Assembly (NCBI GenBank): GCA_049276635.1
Contig: JBASWU010000068.1
Coordinates: forward strand, 1 to 55,185
Direction of reading: 5' to 3'
DNA from: Solirubrobacterales bacterium
GTDB lineage: Bacteria; Actinomycetota; Thermoleophilia; Solirubrobacterales; JACPNS01
Length of the DNA stretch: 55,185 nucleotides
The translations under genes and the position numbers were made by a program. This document shows positions 19,033 through 28,020 of this stretch, piece after piece. Every line of letters begins with the position of its first letter. Positions within the stretch are counted from its first letter, which is position 1. The notes beneath the pieces were generated by a model. The model saw only the letters and a program-made list of their open reading frames with translations, was not told the DNA's origin and did not search any database.

Positions 19033-19200
19033 TCGGCGCGCGTTGCTCTGCGTCGTCCGGTCCGCGGCCACTTGGCTGACTGCCGCGTCGATCGTCTGAG
19101 GATCCGGCGCGAGGGCGTGCGACGGCCCCTGAGGCGATCGCTTTCTCACACTTGTCAGGAAATGCGTGTTTCACACGTCCTTCGTGCGATTCTTTAAGCC

Positions 19201-19776
19201 ATGTGCGGCCGTTACGGCGTGACAATCGACTGGAAGCAGTTTGCTGCGATCTTCGGGCACACCCCAGATTCGCTGCCGGATCACATCAAGGACGCGCGCA
19301 TGAACGTGCGCCCCACACAGCAAGTGCTGTTTGTCGACGAATCGTTTGATTCCGGGGTGATGCAGTGGGGCGTAGAGCTACCCAAGCGCCTGCTCATCAA
19401 CGCCCGCGATGATTCCATCCCGACGAGCCGCCTGTGGCGGCCGATGGCTGAGACGAGCCGCATCCTGATTCCCGCCAGCGGCTGGTACGAGTGGACCGGC
19501 CCCAAAGGCCAGCGTCAACCGCACTGGTTCACCACCGACGATGAGTTGATCGCTTTCGCCGGTATCACCCGCGGCACCGGCGACGACCGCCAGGGAGTCA
19601 TCATCACGACCGAGCCCAGCGAGATCGCCGGCCGGTACCACAACCGCATGCCGGCGATCATCAAGCGTGAGGACTTCGATACGTGGCTGAGCGGCGATCT
19701 TGAGGATGCCCTCTCAATGCTCGGACCCTACGAGGGCAGCATCGAAATCGAAGATATGGCCGTCGGCTCGGTCTGA
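19201..19776 (+). CDS. SOS response-associated peptidase (SRAP/YedK-HMCES family)
   Basis: 191 aa starting MCGRY (Cys2 nucleophile). Motifs INARDD, SGWYEW and YHNRMPAII. Confidence 0.88.
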   Translation: MCGRYGVTIDWKQFAAIFGHTPDSLPDHIKDARMNVRPTQQVLFVDESFDSGVMQWGVELPKRLLINARDDSIPTSRLWRPMAETSRILIPASGWYEWTGPKGQRQPHWFTTDDELIAFAGITRGTGDDRQGVIITTEPSEIAGRYHNRMPAIIKREDFDTWLSGDLEDALSMLGPYEGSIEIEDMAVGSV

Positions 19777-19990
19777 TCGCAGACCGCACATCGAGTCGCG
19801 GCAGTCGCCGCAACTAGTTCAGCTTGTCCGACACGTGGAAGTCGAAGCGGTCCTCGTTGCCGAGGTCAACAGCAGGTCCGAGCTGACAGTGGATCGCGCA
19901 AGTGTCGACAACGGGGTGGTGCGCTCCGAGTTCAGCGAACCATTCGAGCACGTCATGGCGGCTGCCAATCAGGTTTCCACGACAACGAAC

Positions 19991-20015
19991 TCCGACCCTC
20001 TTCCTGAGGGTCGGA
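19991..20015 (-). terminator. 9-bp stem hairpin downstream of tRNA-Gln
   Basis: tccgaccct / agggtcgga arms with a 7-nt loop, 22 nt past the tRNA 3' end on the minus strand. No clean U-tract. Confidence 0.35.
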
Positions 20016-20036
20016 GTGCGACTTTCGGCAATTTGA

Positions 20037-20108
20037 CTGGGGCACCTGGACTCGAACCAGGGATCCCGGGACCAAAACCCGGAGCCTTACCAACTTGGCT
20101 ATGCCCCA
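20037..20108 (-). tRNA. tRNA-Gln (anticodon UUG)
   Basis: The reverse complement reads TGGGGCATAGCCAAGTTGGTAAGGCTCCGGGTTTTGGTCCCGGGATCCCTGGTTCGAGTCCAGGTGCCCCAG. It forms a cloverleaf with a U1-A72 start as in E. coli tRNA-Gln, anticodon stem CCGGG/CCCGG and loop TTTTGGT. CCA is not encoded. Confidence 0.92.
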
Positions 20109-20179
20109 CTGACTCGGCGCGCGCGACGCCGATCGAGCAGAATCGTAGTCCCAGGACTACATCGACAGGAGAACCCCTC

Positions 20180-20566
20180 ATGCAGCTTCTCGGACTTCGC
20201 ACGACGATCTACCCGGCACCCGACCTCGCCGCCGCCAAGGCATGGTTTATCAAGCTGCTCGGGAAGCAGCCGTACTTCGACGAGCCCTACTACGCCGGCT
20301 TCGAGGTCGGCGGTTACGAGCTGGGTCTGGACCCGAACGCCGACCCGGCGCTCGGCGCGCAGTCTTACTGGGGCGTGCCCGACGCGGCCGCGGCGGTCGC
20401 CGAACTGGTCGAACTCGGCGCGACGATCGAGACAGACGTCACCGACACCGGCGAAGGCATCCGCGTCGCCACGGTGATCGACCCACTCGGCAACCTGATC
20501 GGAGTGATCGAGAACCCGGTCTTCAAACTGCCGGCCGACAGCGGAGGCCCCGGCCCGGGCCGCTAG
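20180..20566 (+). CDS. VOC (glyoxalase/bleomycin-resistance/dioxygenase) family protein
   Basis: ATG at 20180 with aggaga 7 nt upstream. 128 aa with a beta-alpha-beta-beta-beta VOC-like pattern (LRTTIYPAPDLAAAKAWF...GIRVATVIDPLGNLIGVIENP). The N-terminal part of the longer ORF 19700.. runs across the tRNA. Confidence 0.7.
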   Translation: MQLLGLRTTIYPAPDLAAAKAWFIKLLGKQPYFDEPYYAGFEVGGYELGLDPNADPALGAQSYWGVPDAAAAVAELVELGATIETDVTDTGEGIRVATVIDPLGNLIGVIENPVFKLPADSGGPGPGR

Positions 20567-21292
20567 CTAGCGGTACTCCGGGTTCTCGAAGTCGAAGCGT
20601 GCGCCGGCGTCCCACGCGGCGGCCTGGTTGCCGTGGGCGGGGATTCCACCGGAGCGCTTGAGCATCCGCGCCAGATGCATCAGGTTCCAGGTCGCGAAGG
20701 TGGTGTTGCGATTGGTGAAGTCGTTCTCGGGCCCACCGGAGCCGGGGTCGAGGTAAGACGGCCCGGGGCCGGCCTCGCCGATCCAGCCGGCGTCGGCTTG
20801 GGGCGGGATCACGTAGCCGATGTGCTGCAGCGAGTAGAGGATGTTCATCGCGCAGTGCTTGACGCCGTCCTCGTTGCCGGTGATCAGGCAGCCGCCGACG
20901 CGCCCGTAGTAGGCCCACTGGCCGAGTTCGTTGCGCTCCCCGCTGTGGGCGTAAAGGCGTTCGATGATCTTTTTCATCTCGGAGCTGTTGTCACCGAGCC
21001 AGATCGGCCCGGCGAGTACCAGGATGTCGGCGCCGAAGACACTCGGCCAGAGATCGGGCCACGCGTCGACGTCCCAGCCGTGCTCGCGCATGTCCGGGTA
21101 GACGCCGGCGGCGATCCGGTGGTCAACGGCGCGGATTTCGGTGACCGCGACACCGTGTTTGCTCATGATCGATCTGCTGATGTCGATCAGGCCCTGCGTG
21201 TTCGATGTCTCCGGCGAGCGCTTGAGCGTGCAGTTGATGAAGGTCGCCTTGAGGTCACTGAAATCAAGCTCGATAGCTGCGTTTTCGGTCAC
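20567..21292 (-). CDS. Flavodoxin-like fold NAD(P)H-dependent FMN reductase family protein
   Basis: 241 aa. CTLKRSPETSNT FMN-phosphate loop-like motif, ILVLAGPIWLGDNSS. Its stop abuts the VOC gene stop with no gap. Confidence 0.7.
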   Translation of the reverse strand: MTENAAIELDFSDLKATFINCTLKRSPETSNTQGLIDISRSIMSKHGVAVTEIRAVDHRIAAGVYPDMREHGWDVDAWPDLWPSVFGADILVLAGPIWLGDNSSEMKKIIERLYAHSGERNELGQWAYYGRVGGCLITGNEDGVKHCAMNILYSLQHIGYVIPPQADAGWIGEAGPGPSYLDPGSGGPENDFTNRNTTFATWNLMHLARMLKRSGGIPAHGNQAAAWDAGARFDFENPEYR

Positions 21293-21398
21293 AGAGGTCC
21301 TCTCGTCGGATCAAGTTGACTACCTGTTTAGCGAGTTCGGCCGCGGCATGCGCCGACCCACGCGACCGGCGGCGGCCGTGACAGGCGCCGCGCGAAAG

Positions 21399-21404
21399 TA
21401 GGAT
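21399..21404 (+). promoter_or_regulatory. Candidate -10 hexamer (TAGGAT) placed for a leaderless glmU transcript
   Basis: TAGGAT followed by 6 nt (gcccgc), then the glmU ATG. No Shine-Dalgarno sequence is present. Confidence 0.3.
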
Positions 21405-21410
21405 GCCCGC

Positions 21411-22802
21411 ATGACGTCGATCGGCGCAGTGATAATCATGGCCGCGGGCAAGGGCACCCGGATGAATTCCGATACCCCGAAGGTCCTGCACCCGGTCGGC
21501 GGGTTGCCGATGATCCTCTGGCCGGTCGTCGCCGCCCAGACGGCCGGGGCCGATCGCATCGTCTGCGTTGTCGGACCCGGCTCGCCCGTCGGCGAGATCT
21601 TGCCCGGCAGCGTCGACACGGCAATCCAAAAAGAGGCGCGCGGCACCGCCGACGCCGTGCGCGCGGCCGAGCTGAAAGTCGCCGGCAGCGAGCAGGTGCT
21701 TGTGCTTTCGGCCGACGTGCCGCTGGTCGACGCCGACCTGATCGGGCAGATCGCTCGCCACCACTCACGCTCCGGCGCGGCGATGACGGTCGTTACCGCG
21801 GTGCTCGACGACCCCAGCGGCTACGGCCGCGTCGTCCGCGAGACCGACGGCGCGATCGAGCAAATCGTCGAGACCAAGGTCACCGGCGACGCGACCGAAG
21901 AGCAGCTCGCGCTCAACGAGGTCAACTCGGGGATTTACGCGTTTGAGAGCGAGGCGCTGTTCGAGGCGCTGGCCGAGGTCGGCTCCGGCAACGCTCAGGG
22001 CGAGTTCTACCTGCCCGACGTGCTGCCGCTGTTGCGCGCCAAGGGCAAGAGCGTCTCGGCTTTCGTGGTCGACTCTCCCGAGTTCATGCTCGGCGTCAAC
22101 GACCGGGTCGATCTCGGCCTCGTGCAGCACCACGTCAACCGCCGCATCGTCGAGTACCACCAGCGGCGCGGCGTGACGATCGTCGATCCCGGGTCGACCT
22201 GGATCGAGGGCCACGTCGAGATCGGCCAAGACACCGTGATCGAGCCCGGGACGTACCTACGCGGGAAGACCACGATCGGCGCCAACGCCGTGGTCGGACC
22301 ACAGAGCACGTTGACCGACTCTGTGGTCCACGACGGCGCGCGGATCCTGCATTCCTATCTGGTCGAGTGCGAGGTCGGGCCGGACGCGAGCGTCGGGCCG
22401 TTCGCCTACCTGCGGCCCGGCGCGAAGCTCGCCGCCGGCAGCAAGGCCGGCACCTTCGTCGAGATCAAGAACTCGAACATCGGCGCCGGCGCGAAGGTGC
22501 CGCACCTCTCCTACATCGGCGACACCGACGTCGGCGCGGGCAGCAATCTCGGGGCCGCGACGATCACCGCCAACTATGACGGCAGGAACAAGCACCGCAC
22601 CGAGATCGGCAGAGATGTCCGGACGGGAGTCGACACAACGCTCGTCGCTCCGGTCAGCGTCGGAGACGGCGCGTACACTGGAGCCGGAAGCGTGATTACA
22701 AAGGACGTGCCCGCCGACGCTCTAGCGGTCGCGCGGTCCCGTCAAAAAGTCATCGAGGATTACGCGAAACGGAAGCGTGATGGAAGCAACCACGATGGAT
22801 AG
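21411..22802 (+). CDS. glmU: Bifunctional UDP-N-acetylglucosamine pyrophosphorylase / glucosamine-1-phosphate N-acetyltransferase
   Basis: 463 aa. N-terminal AAGKGTRMNSDTPKVLHP motif and C-terminal left-handed beta-helix hexapeptide repeats. Classic glmU-prs synteny. Confidence 0.95.
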   Translation: MTSIGAVIIMAAGKGTRMNSDTPKVLHPVGGLPMILWPVVAAQTAGADRIVCVVGPGSPVGEILPGSVDTAIQKEARGTADAVRAAELKVAGSEQVLVLSADVPLVDADLIGQIARHHSRSGAAMTVVTAVLDDPSGYGRVVRETDGAIEQIVETKVTGDATEEQLALNEVNSGIYAFESEALFEALAEVGSGNAQGEFYLPDVLPLLRAKGKSVSAFVVDSPEFMLGVNDRVDLGLVQHHVNRRIVEYHQRRGVTIVDPGSTWIEGHVEIGQDTVIEPGTYLRGKTTIGANAVVGPQSTLTDSVVHDGARILHSYLVECEVGPDASVGPFAYLRPGAKLAAGSKAGTFVEIKNSNIGAGAKVPHLSYIGDTDVGAGSNLGAATITANYDGRNKHRTEIGRDVRTGVDTTLVAPVSVGDGAYTGAGSVITKDVPADALAVARSRQKVIEDYAKRKRDGSNHDG

Positions 22803-23844
22803 CCCGCTGGAGGTCGAGCGGGAAGAGACGCTCGAGAGCGCCGACCCGGCAACGGTCATCTCGCGCGGCAACGACAAACGTATGATGGTCGTTTCCGGTC
22901 GCGCCACGCAGGCGCTGGCCGGGCGCATCGCGTCGCGTCTCGGCGTCGGCCTCTCGCCGGTCACGCTCAAGACCTTCAGCAACGGCGAGGTCTACTGCCG
23001 CTTCGAGGAATCCGTGCGCGGCGCAGACGTCTTCATCGTTCAGTCGACCTGCGGCAACGACGACGCCGGGATCAGCGCCAACGACTCGCTGATGGAGTTG
23101 ATGGTGATGATCGACGCCGCCGTCGGCGCCTCGGCACACCGCGTGATCGCCGTCAGCCCGTGGTACGGATACTCGCGGCAGGACAAAAAGTCCGCGCCGC
23201 GCGAGCCGATCACCGCCCGCCTCGTCGCCAAGATGCTTGAGGTGGCCGGTGTCGACCGCGTGCTGACGATGGACCTCCACGCAGGCCAGGTTCAGGGCTT
23301 TTTCAGCAAGCCGGTCGACCACATGACCGCGATGCCGATCCTCTCGCAGTACATAATCGACCAGCACGTCCCCGGCGACTGCGTGGTCGTCTCGCCCGAC
23401 GCCGGCCGCGTCAAGCTGGCCAAGAAGTTCGCCTCGAAGATCGGCGCCGAGCTGGCGATTCTCAACAAGGACCGGCCGGCCCACCAGGTCGCCGAGATCG
23501 GCTACGTGATCGGCGACGTTCGCGGCAAGACCGCGATCCTCGTCGACGACATGATCGACACGGCGGGCACCTTGTGCGCGGCGGCCCAGACGGTCGCCGA
23601 CGAAGGCGCCAGCCGCGTGATGGCCGTCGCCACCCACCCGGTGCTGAGCGGCAACTCGTTCGAAAACCTCGAGAACTCGCCGCTCGAATCGATCGTCGTC
23701 ACCGACACGATCCCGCTGCGCGATGGCGCGCCGGGCAAGATCAAGGTGCTGACCGTCGCCGACATCCTCACCGACTCGATCCGCCGCATCTTCACCGACG
23801 ACTCGGTCTCCGAGATCTTCGCCGGCGAAAACCAGCTCTTCTAG
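22777..23844 (+). CDS. prs: Ribose-phosphate pyrophosphokinase
   Basis: PRPP synthase motifs (FSNGEVYCRFEESVRGADVFIVQS, YSRQDKK, VLTMDLHAGQVQGFF, VDDMIDTAGT). The start is uncertain: GTG 22777, ATG 22780, 22795 or 22882. The longest form overlaps the glmU end. Confidence 0.9.
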   Translation: MMEATTMDSPLEVEREETLESADPATVISRGNDKRMMVVSGRATQALAGRIASRLGVGLSPVTLKTFSNGEVYCRFEESVRGADVFIVQSTCGNDDAGISANDSLMELMVMIDAAVGASAHRVIAVSPWYGYSRQDKKSAPREPITARLVAKMLEVAGVDRVLTMDLHAGQVQGFFSKPVDHMTAMPILSQYIIDQHVPGDCVVVSPDAGRVKLAKKFASKIGAELAILNKDRPAHQVAEIGYVIGDVRGKTAILVDDMIDTAGTLCAAAQTVADEGASRVMAVATHPVLSGNSFENLENSPLESIVVTDTIPLRDGAPGKIKVLTVADILTDSIRRIFTDDSVSEIFAGENQLF

Positions 23845-23896
23845 AAAGATCTCGGCCGCGGCGCTCCGTGCGCCGCGGCGACCCGCGGCGACCCGA

Positions 23897-25087
23897 TCAT
23901 CGCGGACCGGCCGCCCGGCGACCGGCGGCGGTCGCGTAGATCTCCGCGAGGCGCCGGCCGAAGATTTCCTCGCCGTGGCGTGCGCTAACGCGTTCAAGCG
24001 CGCGGTCGCCCGCCGCCGTGCGGCGCGCGCGGTCGTCGATCAGTTGCCGCATCAGATCGGCCAGCTGATCGGAGTCGCCGGGCGTGAATACGAGTTCGGG
24101 ATCGGTCAGCTCGGGCAGGCCGCCTCGCCGGCTGACGACGAGCGGCAACCCGCCGCCCAGCGCCTCGAGTGCCGAAAACGGCAGCACCTCACGCCACAGC
24201 GAAGGCAGGACGCAAAACGCGGCGCCGAGCCGCGCTGCGACGATCGCCTGGCCGTCGATGTGCCCGAGAAACTCGACCGGGGCGTCGAGCTCGCGGGCGA
24301 TCCGGACCGCCGCCGGCAGCGCCGGGCCGTCACCGGCTACTCGCAGCCCGACTCGCGACTTAGCCGCGGCCTCGATCGCCGTAAAGATCCCCTTCTCCTC
24401 TGTGACGCGGCCGACAAACAAGCCGTATTCGCCGTCACCGCAGTGCGAGCGCCGGGCGATCCCGGCCGGAGCCAGCCAGGTCGGCAGTGTCTCGATCGCC
24501 AGGTCGAGCCCGGCCTCGGCGAGATCCCGCGCCAGTTGGTCGGTCGGCGAGACGAAGACGTCGACGAGATCCGCCAGCCGGGGCTGAGCCCGGCGCAGCC
24601 CGATCGCGTAAGCGGCCGCTTCGGCGGCCGACCCACGGCAGTTGTGACGCAGCCCGTTGACCGTCTTGCGCGGAGCGCACTCGAGACAGTCGTGACCGTC
24701 GCGAAAGGCGATCCCGACGGCGCAGAACAAGCGGTAGTTGTGCAGGTGCAGCACGACGGCCGCCCCGGCCTCGCGCGCGGCGGCAAGCGCTCGCCAGCCG
24801 AGCGCCGGGTGGATGTTGTGCGCGTGTACGACAGTCGCGCCGGCCTCGGCGACGGACCGGCCGACGGCCTCGGCGTCGAGCCCACCGCGTATCAGTCCGG
24901 CGGCGGCGCGCGCGCGGCCGGCCGACTCACTGTCGCGTTCGACCAGTCCGGCGGCGGCTCCGTGACGACCGAGCAGAGCCCAGAGTTCCTCGACGTAGCG
25001 CTCCTCTCCGCCGGGCCGGCGGTAGCGATTGTGCATGATGATCACTCGCTGGTCGGCGAGCGACGGGATTGATCCGGTCGCGGACAT
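23897..25087 (-). CDS. GT4-family glycosyltransferase
   Basis: Start chosen at MSATGSIPSLADQRVIIMHNRYRRPGGEE (ATG at 25085-25087). C-terminal GT-B motif (LPSLWREVLPFSALEALGGGLPLV). The upstream part of ORF ..25588 looks non-coding. Confidence 0.85.
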   Translation of the reverse strand: MSATGSIPSLADQRVIIMHNRYRRPGGEERYVEELWALLGRHGAAAGLVERDSESAGRARAAAGLIRGGLDAEAVGRSVAEAGATVVHAHNIHPALGWRALAAAREAGAAVVLHLHNYRLFCAVGIAFRDGHDCLECAPRKTVNGLRHNCRGSAAEAAAYAIGLRRAQPRLADLVDVFVSPTDQLARDLAEAGLDLAIETLPTWLAPAGIARRSHCGDGEYGLFVGRVTEEKGIFTAIEAAAKSRVGLRVAGDGPALPAAVRIARELDAPVEFLGHIDGQAIVAARLGAAFCVLPSLWREVLPFSALEALGGGLPLVVSRRGGLPELTDPELVFTPGDSDQLADLMRQLIDDRARRTAAGDRALERVSARHGEEIFGRRLAEIYATAAGRRAAGPR

Positions 25088-25283
25088 CGTCTGCGCAGCA
25101 TCGTAGAGCCGTGCGTCCGCGAGGCATGGCACGATTTGGTGTTGATCGCAACGGGGGACAGGGCCGCGCCGACCCCGCCGCGATCCGGCCGGCAACCACA
25201 ACTTTTGCGTAGGACCTGGGTTTTCGTTTGCCTCGCCAGTCAATCTCACGCCCTTGGAGGACGTTTTGGTAGCTTGCGGCGAA

Positions 25284-25862
25284 ATGTTCGGCTCGATCAA
25301 AAAATCCGCCGCGGTGTTCCTGGCCGCGGCAAGCGGTTTCGTCCTCATCGCGTCTCCGGCCTGGGCCTCCGGCGCGGAGGTGATCGCCGACTGCAACCTC
25401 GACGGCTCGATCGACGGCAAGTACTCCACGTCCGAACTGCGCAACGCACTCGACAATCTGGCCGCCGACGTCAACGAGTACGGGGACTGCCGGTCGCTAA
25501 TCGAGCAGGCGCTGCTGGATTCGGTCAGCAAGAAACCAGGCAAGGGACCCAAGCGCGGCGACGCCGCTGAGCTCTCGCAGGTGACCACCGCGGCTCAGCG
25601 CAAGAAAACCCGTCGCTCGGTCGAGCAGTCGGCGAAACTACCGAAGTCGGGTCCGGTCGCCAGAGTCGCGGGCGCGGAGGTGGCGCGGGCCGGCAGCACC
25701 CTCGAATCGACTGGCGCGCCCGGGGTGCCTGTTGCGTTGATCGTCGCCTTGGTCGGTCTCGCGCTGTTGTTCAGCGTCGATCTGGCTGGTCGCCTTGCAA
25801 ACATCGGGCGCATGAAGAAGTTTCTGCCGAAGGCCGGTCGGCGCAGCGGCCTCCCAGACTGA
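25284..25862 (+). CDS. Secreted, C-terminally membrane-anchored protein of unknown function
   Basis: Start at MFGSIKKSAAVFLAAASGFVLIASPAWA (signal peptide). DxNxDGxID motif right after the predicted cleavage site. C-terminal TM helix (VPVALIVALVGLALLFSV) plus a basic tail. Confidence 0.6.
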   Translation: MFGSIKKSAAVFLAAASGFVLIASPAWASGAEVIADCNLDGSIDGKYSTSELRNALDNLAADVNEYGDCRSLIEQALLDSVSKKPGKGPKRGDAAELSQVTTAAQRKKTRRSVEQSAKLPKSGPVARVAGAEVARAGSTLESTGAPGVPVALIVALVGLALLFSVDLAGRLANIGRMKKFLPKAGRRSGLPD

Positions 25863-25863
25863 C

Positions 25864-28020
25864 GTGAACCGTCCGCATGCCCTTCACGGCGGAGGCACCG
25901 TCGTCGCGCTGACCGCTGCACTGCTTGCGCTGTTCGCTTTTGCGATCGGCGGGGCGCTCGATCTCGCCCGCACCGGCAGCGTTCTGGGGATCACGATAAT
26001 CGCTGTCACCGCGGCCTTCGGGCGCGCGGCGTATCTGGGAAGATTGCCGCGTCCGTTCAGCGGCTCGGGCATGCTGATGCTGATGACGCTCCTTGCGGCG
26101 CTCTCCGCCGTCTCAGTGGGATGGTCCGTCCTGCCCGGCGACTCGTATTTCGACACCACGCGCACGATCACGTACACCGCGATCCTCGCCGCCGGGGCAC
26201 TCGCAGCGCAGCTTTATAGCCGTCGCTCGCGCGAAGTCGCGGCCGGAATGCTCGTCGCCGCGCTGTTGATCTGCGGATACGCACTGCTCAGCCGCATCGA
26301 GCCCGGCTGGTTTCCGGCGACCGACGCCTACGCGCGCCTGCGGCTGCCCTACGAGTACTGGAACGCCGTCGGCATCGTCGCCGTGTTCGGTTTGATGACC
26401 GCGCTCTGGCTGGGCAGCGCCCGCGAGAGTCGCTCCTGGCCGGTTGCGCTGAGCTTTCCGGCGGGCGGGTTGTTCTTCGTCTCGCTCGCGCTCAGCCAGT
26501 CGCGCGGAGCGATGGCCGCCGCGGCCGTCGGCATCGCTTTGTGGCTTTTTCTGGCGGGGCGCCGGCTGCGCTCGACTCTGTGGCTGGCCTGCGTCGGGAT
26601 TATCGGCTCGATCGTCGTCGCGTGGGCCTTCGGCCAGCCGGCGCTCTCGGAGGATTTTGTCGCGCAGGCCGAACGCGAGGACACCGGGATGACGTTCCTG
26701 CTGATCCTGCTGCTGATGGTCGCGACGCTGACAGGCTCCGGTCTGGCGGTCGAGCGCTGGCGCAGAACCGGCCGACTCGGTGATGGCGGCCGTTACGCGG
26801 CCGGTCGAGCGCTGCTGATCGCGCTCGCGCTCACACCGTTCATTTTTCTCGGAGCACTTGAGCTCGGCAGCGAACAGGGAGTCGGAAAGATCGGCAGCGG
26901 TGTCAGCGACCTCGTCGACGCCGATGTCGCCGCCCCGTCCAACTCGCCGGGACGCCTGACGCAGACCAGCTCGCTGCGCGCCCGGTACTGGCGCGACGGC
27001 TTCAAGATCTGGGGCGATCATCGCCTGCACGGCACCGGCGCCGACAGCTATTCGGTCGCGCGCCTGCCCTACCGCACCGACACAATCAAGGTCCGCCACG
27101 CCCACGGCTTCGTCCCGCAGACGCTCGCCGACCTCGGCATCTGGGGTCTGTTGGTGATGCTCGGGCTGACGGTCGCGTGGTTGGTCGCGTTCGCGCACGC
27201 CGCCGCCGCCGCCCGGCGCGCGCCTTGGCGATGGCTCGATCAGGCCGGTGACGCCCGTCTCGCCGATCTGAGCATCGGCTTGGTCGCGCTGACCTTCGGC
27301 GTTCACTCGGCGATCGACTGGACCTGGTACGTGCCCGGCGTGGCGGCGTTTGGACTGGTCGCGGCGGGCTGGATCTGCGGAAGCGGCACTCGTTTCAGGT
27401 CGCCCGGCGGCGCGGCGCCCGGCGACGGCAACTCGCCGCAGACCGCTCGCGTGCTGAGCGCCTCCGGGATCGCCCTGATCGGCATCGCGACGGCGTTCGC
27501 GGTTTTCCAGCCCGCGCGCGCGGCTATGCAGGTCGACGACGGCTACCAGCAGCTCGCCGCTGGCGAGCCGTCCGCCGCCCTGCGGTCGGGCCGCGACGCG
27601 AACGAGATCGACCCGACGTCGGACAAGGCGTTCTACCTGATCGCCACCGCCTACAACAATCTCCACCGCAGAGCCGACGCCGACGCCGCGTTCGAGCGGA
27701 TCGCCGCGATCCAGCCGGCCAACCCGGACACCTGGATCCGATTGGCCGACTACCGCCTCAACACGCTCGGCGATTCCAAGGGTGCGATCGAGGCCCTCGG
27801 GCCCCTGCTGTACATCAGCCCCAACAACGAGCGCGGCAACGCGCTTCTGGAGAAGGCCAAACGGCATCGCCTCGACCAACTGCTCCGACAGCAGGTCGAA
27901 GCCAGACGCCGCCGGCTGAAGCGCGAGATCGCGCGCATCAAGCGCGAACTCGCCGACGTGACCGGCGCTGTCGGAGCTACCGGGGCTGTCGGAGCCGCCG
28001 GCACCGCCGGCGCAAACTAA
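25864..28020 (+). CDS. O-antigen ligase-like (Wzy_C) polytopic membrane protein fused to C-terminal TPR repeats
   Basis: 718 aa. About 12 TM segments with a Wzy_C-like loop (LALSQSRGAMAAAAVGIALWLF). C-terminal TPR-like repeats (AFYLIATAYNNLHRRADADAAFERIAAIQPANPDTW) and a basic coiled-coil tail. GTG start 1 nt after the upstream stop. Confidence 0.8.
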   Translation: MNRPHALHGGGTVVALTAALLALFAFAIGGALDLARTGSVLGITIIAVTAAFGRAAYLGRLPRPFSGSGMLMLMTLLAALSAVSVGWSVLPGDSYFDTTRTITYTAILAAGALAAQLYSRRSREVAAGMLVAALLICGYALLSRIEPGWFPATDAYARLRLPYEYWNAVGIVAVFGLMTALWLGSARESRSWPVALSFPAGGLFFVSLALSQSRGAMAAAAVGIALWLFLAGRRLRSTLWLACVGIIGSIVVAWAFGQPALSEDFVAQAEREDTGMTFLLILLLMVATLTGSGLAVERWRRTGRLGDGGRYAAGRALLIALALTPFIFLGALELGSEQGVGKIGSGVSDLVDADVAAPSNSPGRLTQTSSLRARYWRDGFKIWGDHRLHGTGADSYSVARLPYRTDTIKVRHAHGFVPQTLADLGIWGLLVMLGLTVAWLVAFAHAAAAARRAPWRWLDQAGDARLADLSIGLVALTFGVHSAIDWTWYVPGVAAFGLVAAGWICGSGTRFRSPGGAAPGDGNSPQTARVLSASGIALIGIATAFAVFQPARAAMQVDDGYQQLAAGEPSAALRSGRDANEIDPTSDKAFYLIATAYNNLHRRADADAAFERIAAIQPANPDTWIRLADYRLNTLGDSKGAIEALGPLLYISPNNERGNALLEKAKRHRLDQLLRQQVEARRRRLKREIARIKRELADVTGAVGATGAVGAAGTAGAN

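Noticed and set aside
19165-19177. Palindrome CGTGT-TTC-ACACG, inside GAAA-N6-TTTC, 24 nt upstream of the SRAP (SOS response-associated peptidase) gene. Considered as a LexA/SOS box.
   Set aside because: It does not match the actinobacterial TCGAAC-N4-GTTCGA box or the Gram-positive GAAC-N4-GTTC box. It is kept only as an unassigned inverted repeat.
20180-20566. VOC-family protein, considered as the missing methylmalonyl-CoA epimerase.
   Set aside because: I could not recognise epimerase-type metal-ligand spacing by eye, and the gene is 12 kb from the mutase in an unrelated neighbourhood. It is left as a generic VOC protein.
20566-20567. Convergent gene pairs with zero-gap or overlapping stops (20566/20567 and 28017-28020), considered as unusual.
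   Set aside because: Compact convergent termini are common in high-GC actinobacterial genomes. They are noted in the feature evidence but not treated as findings.
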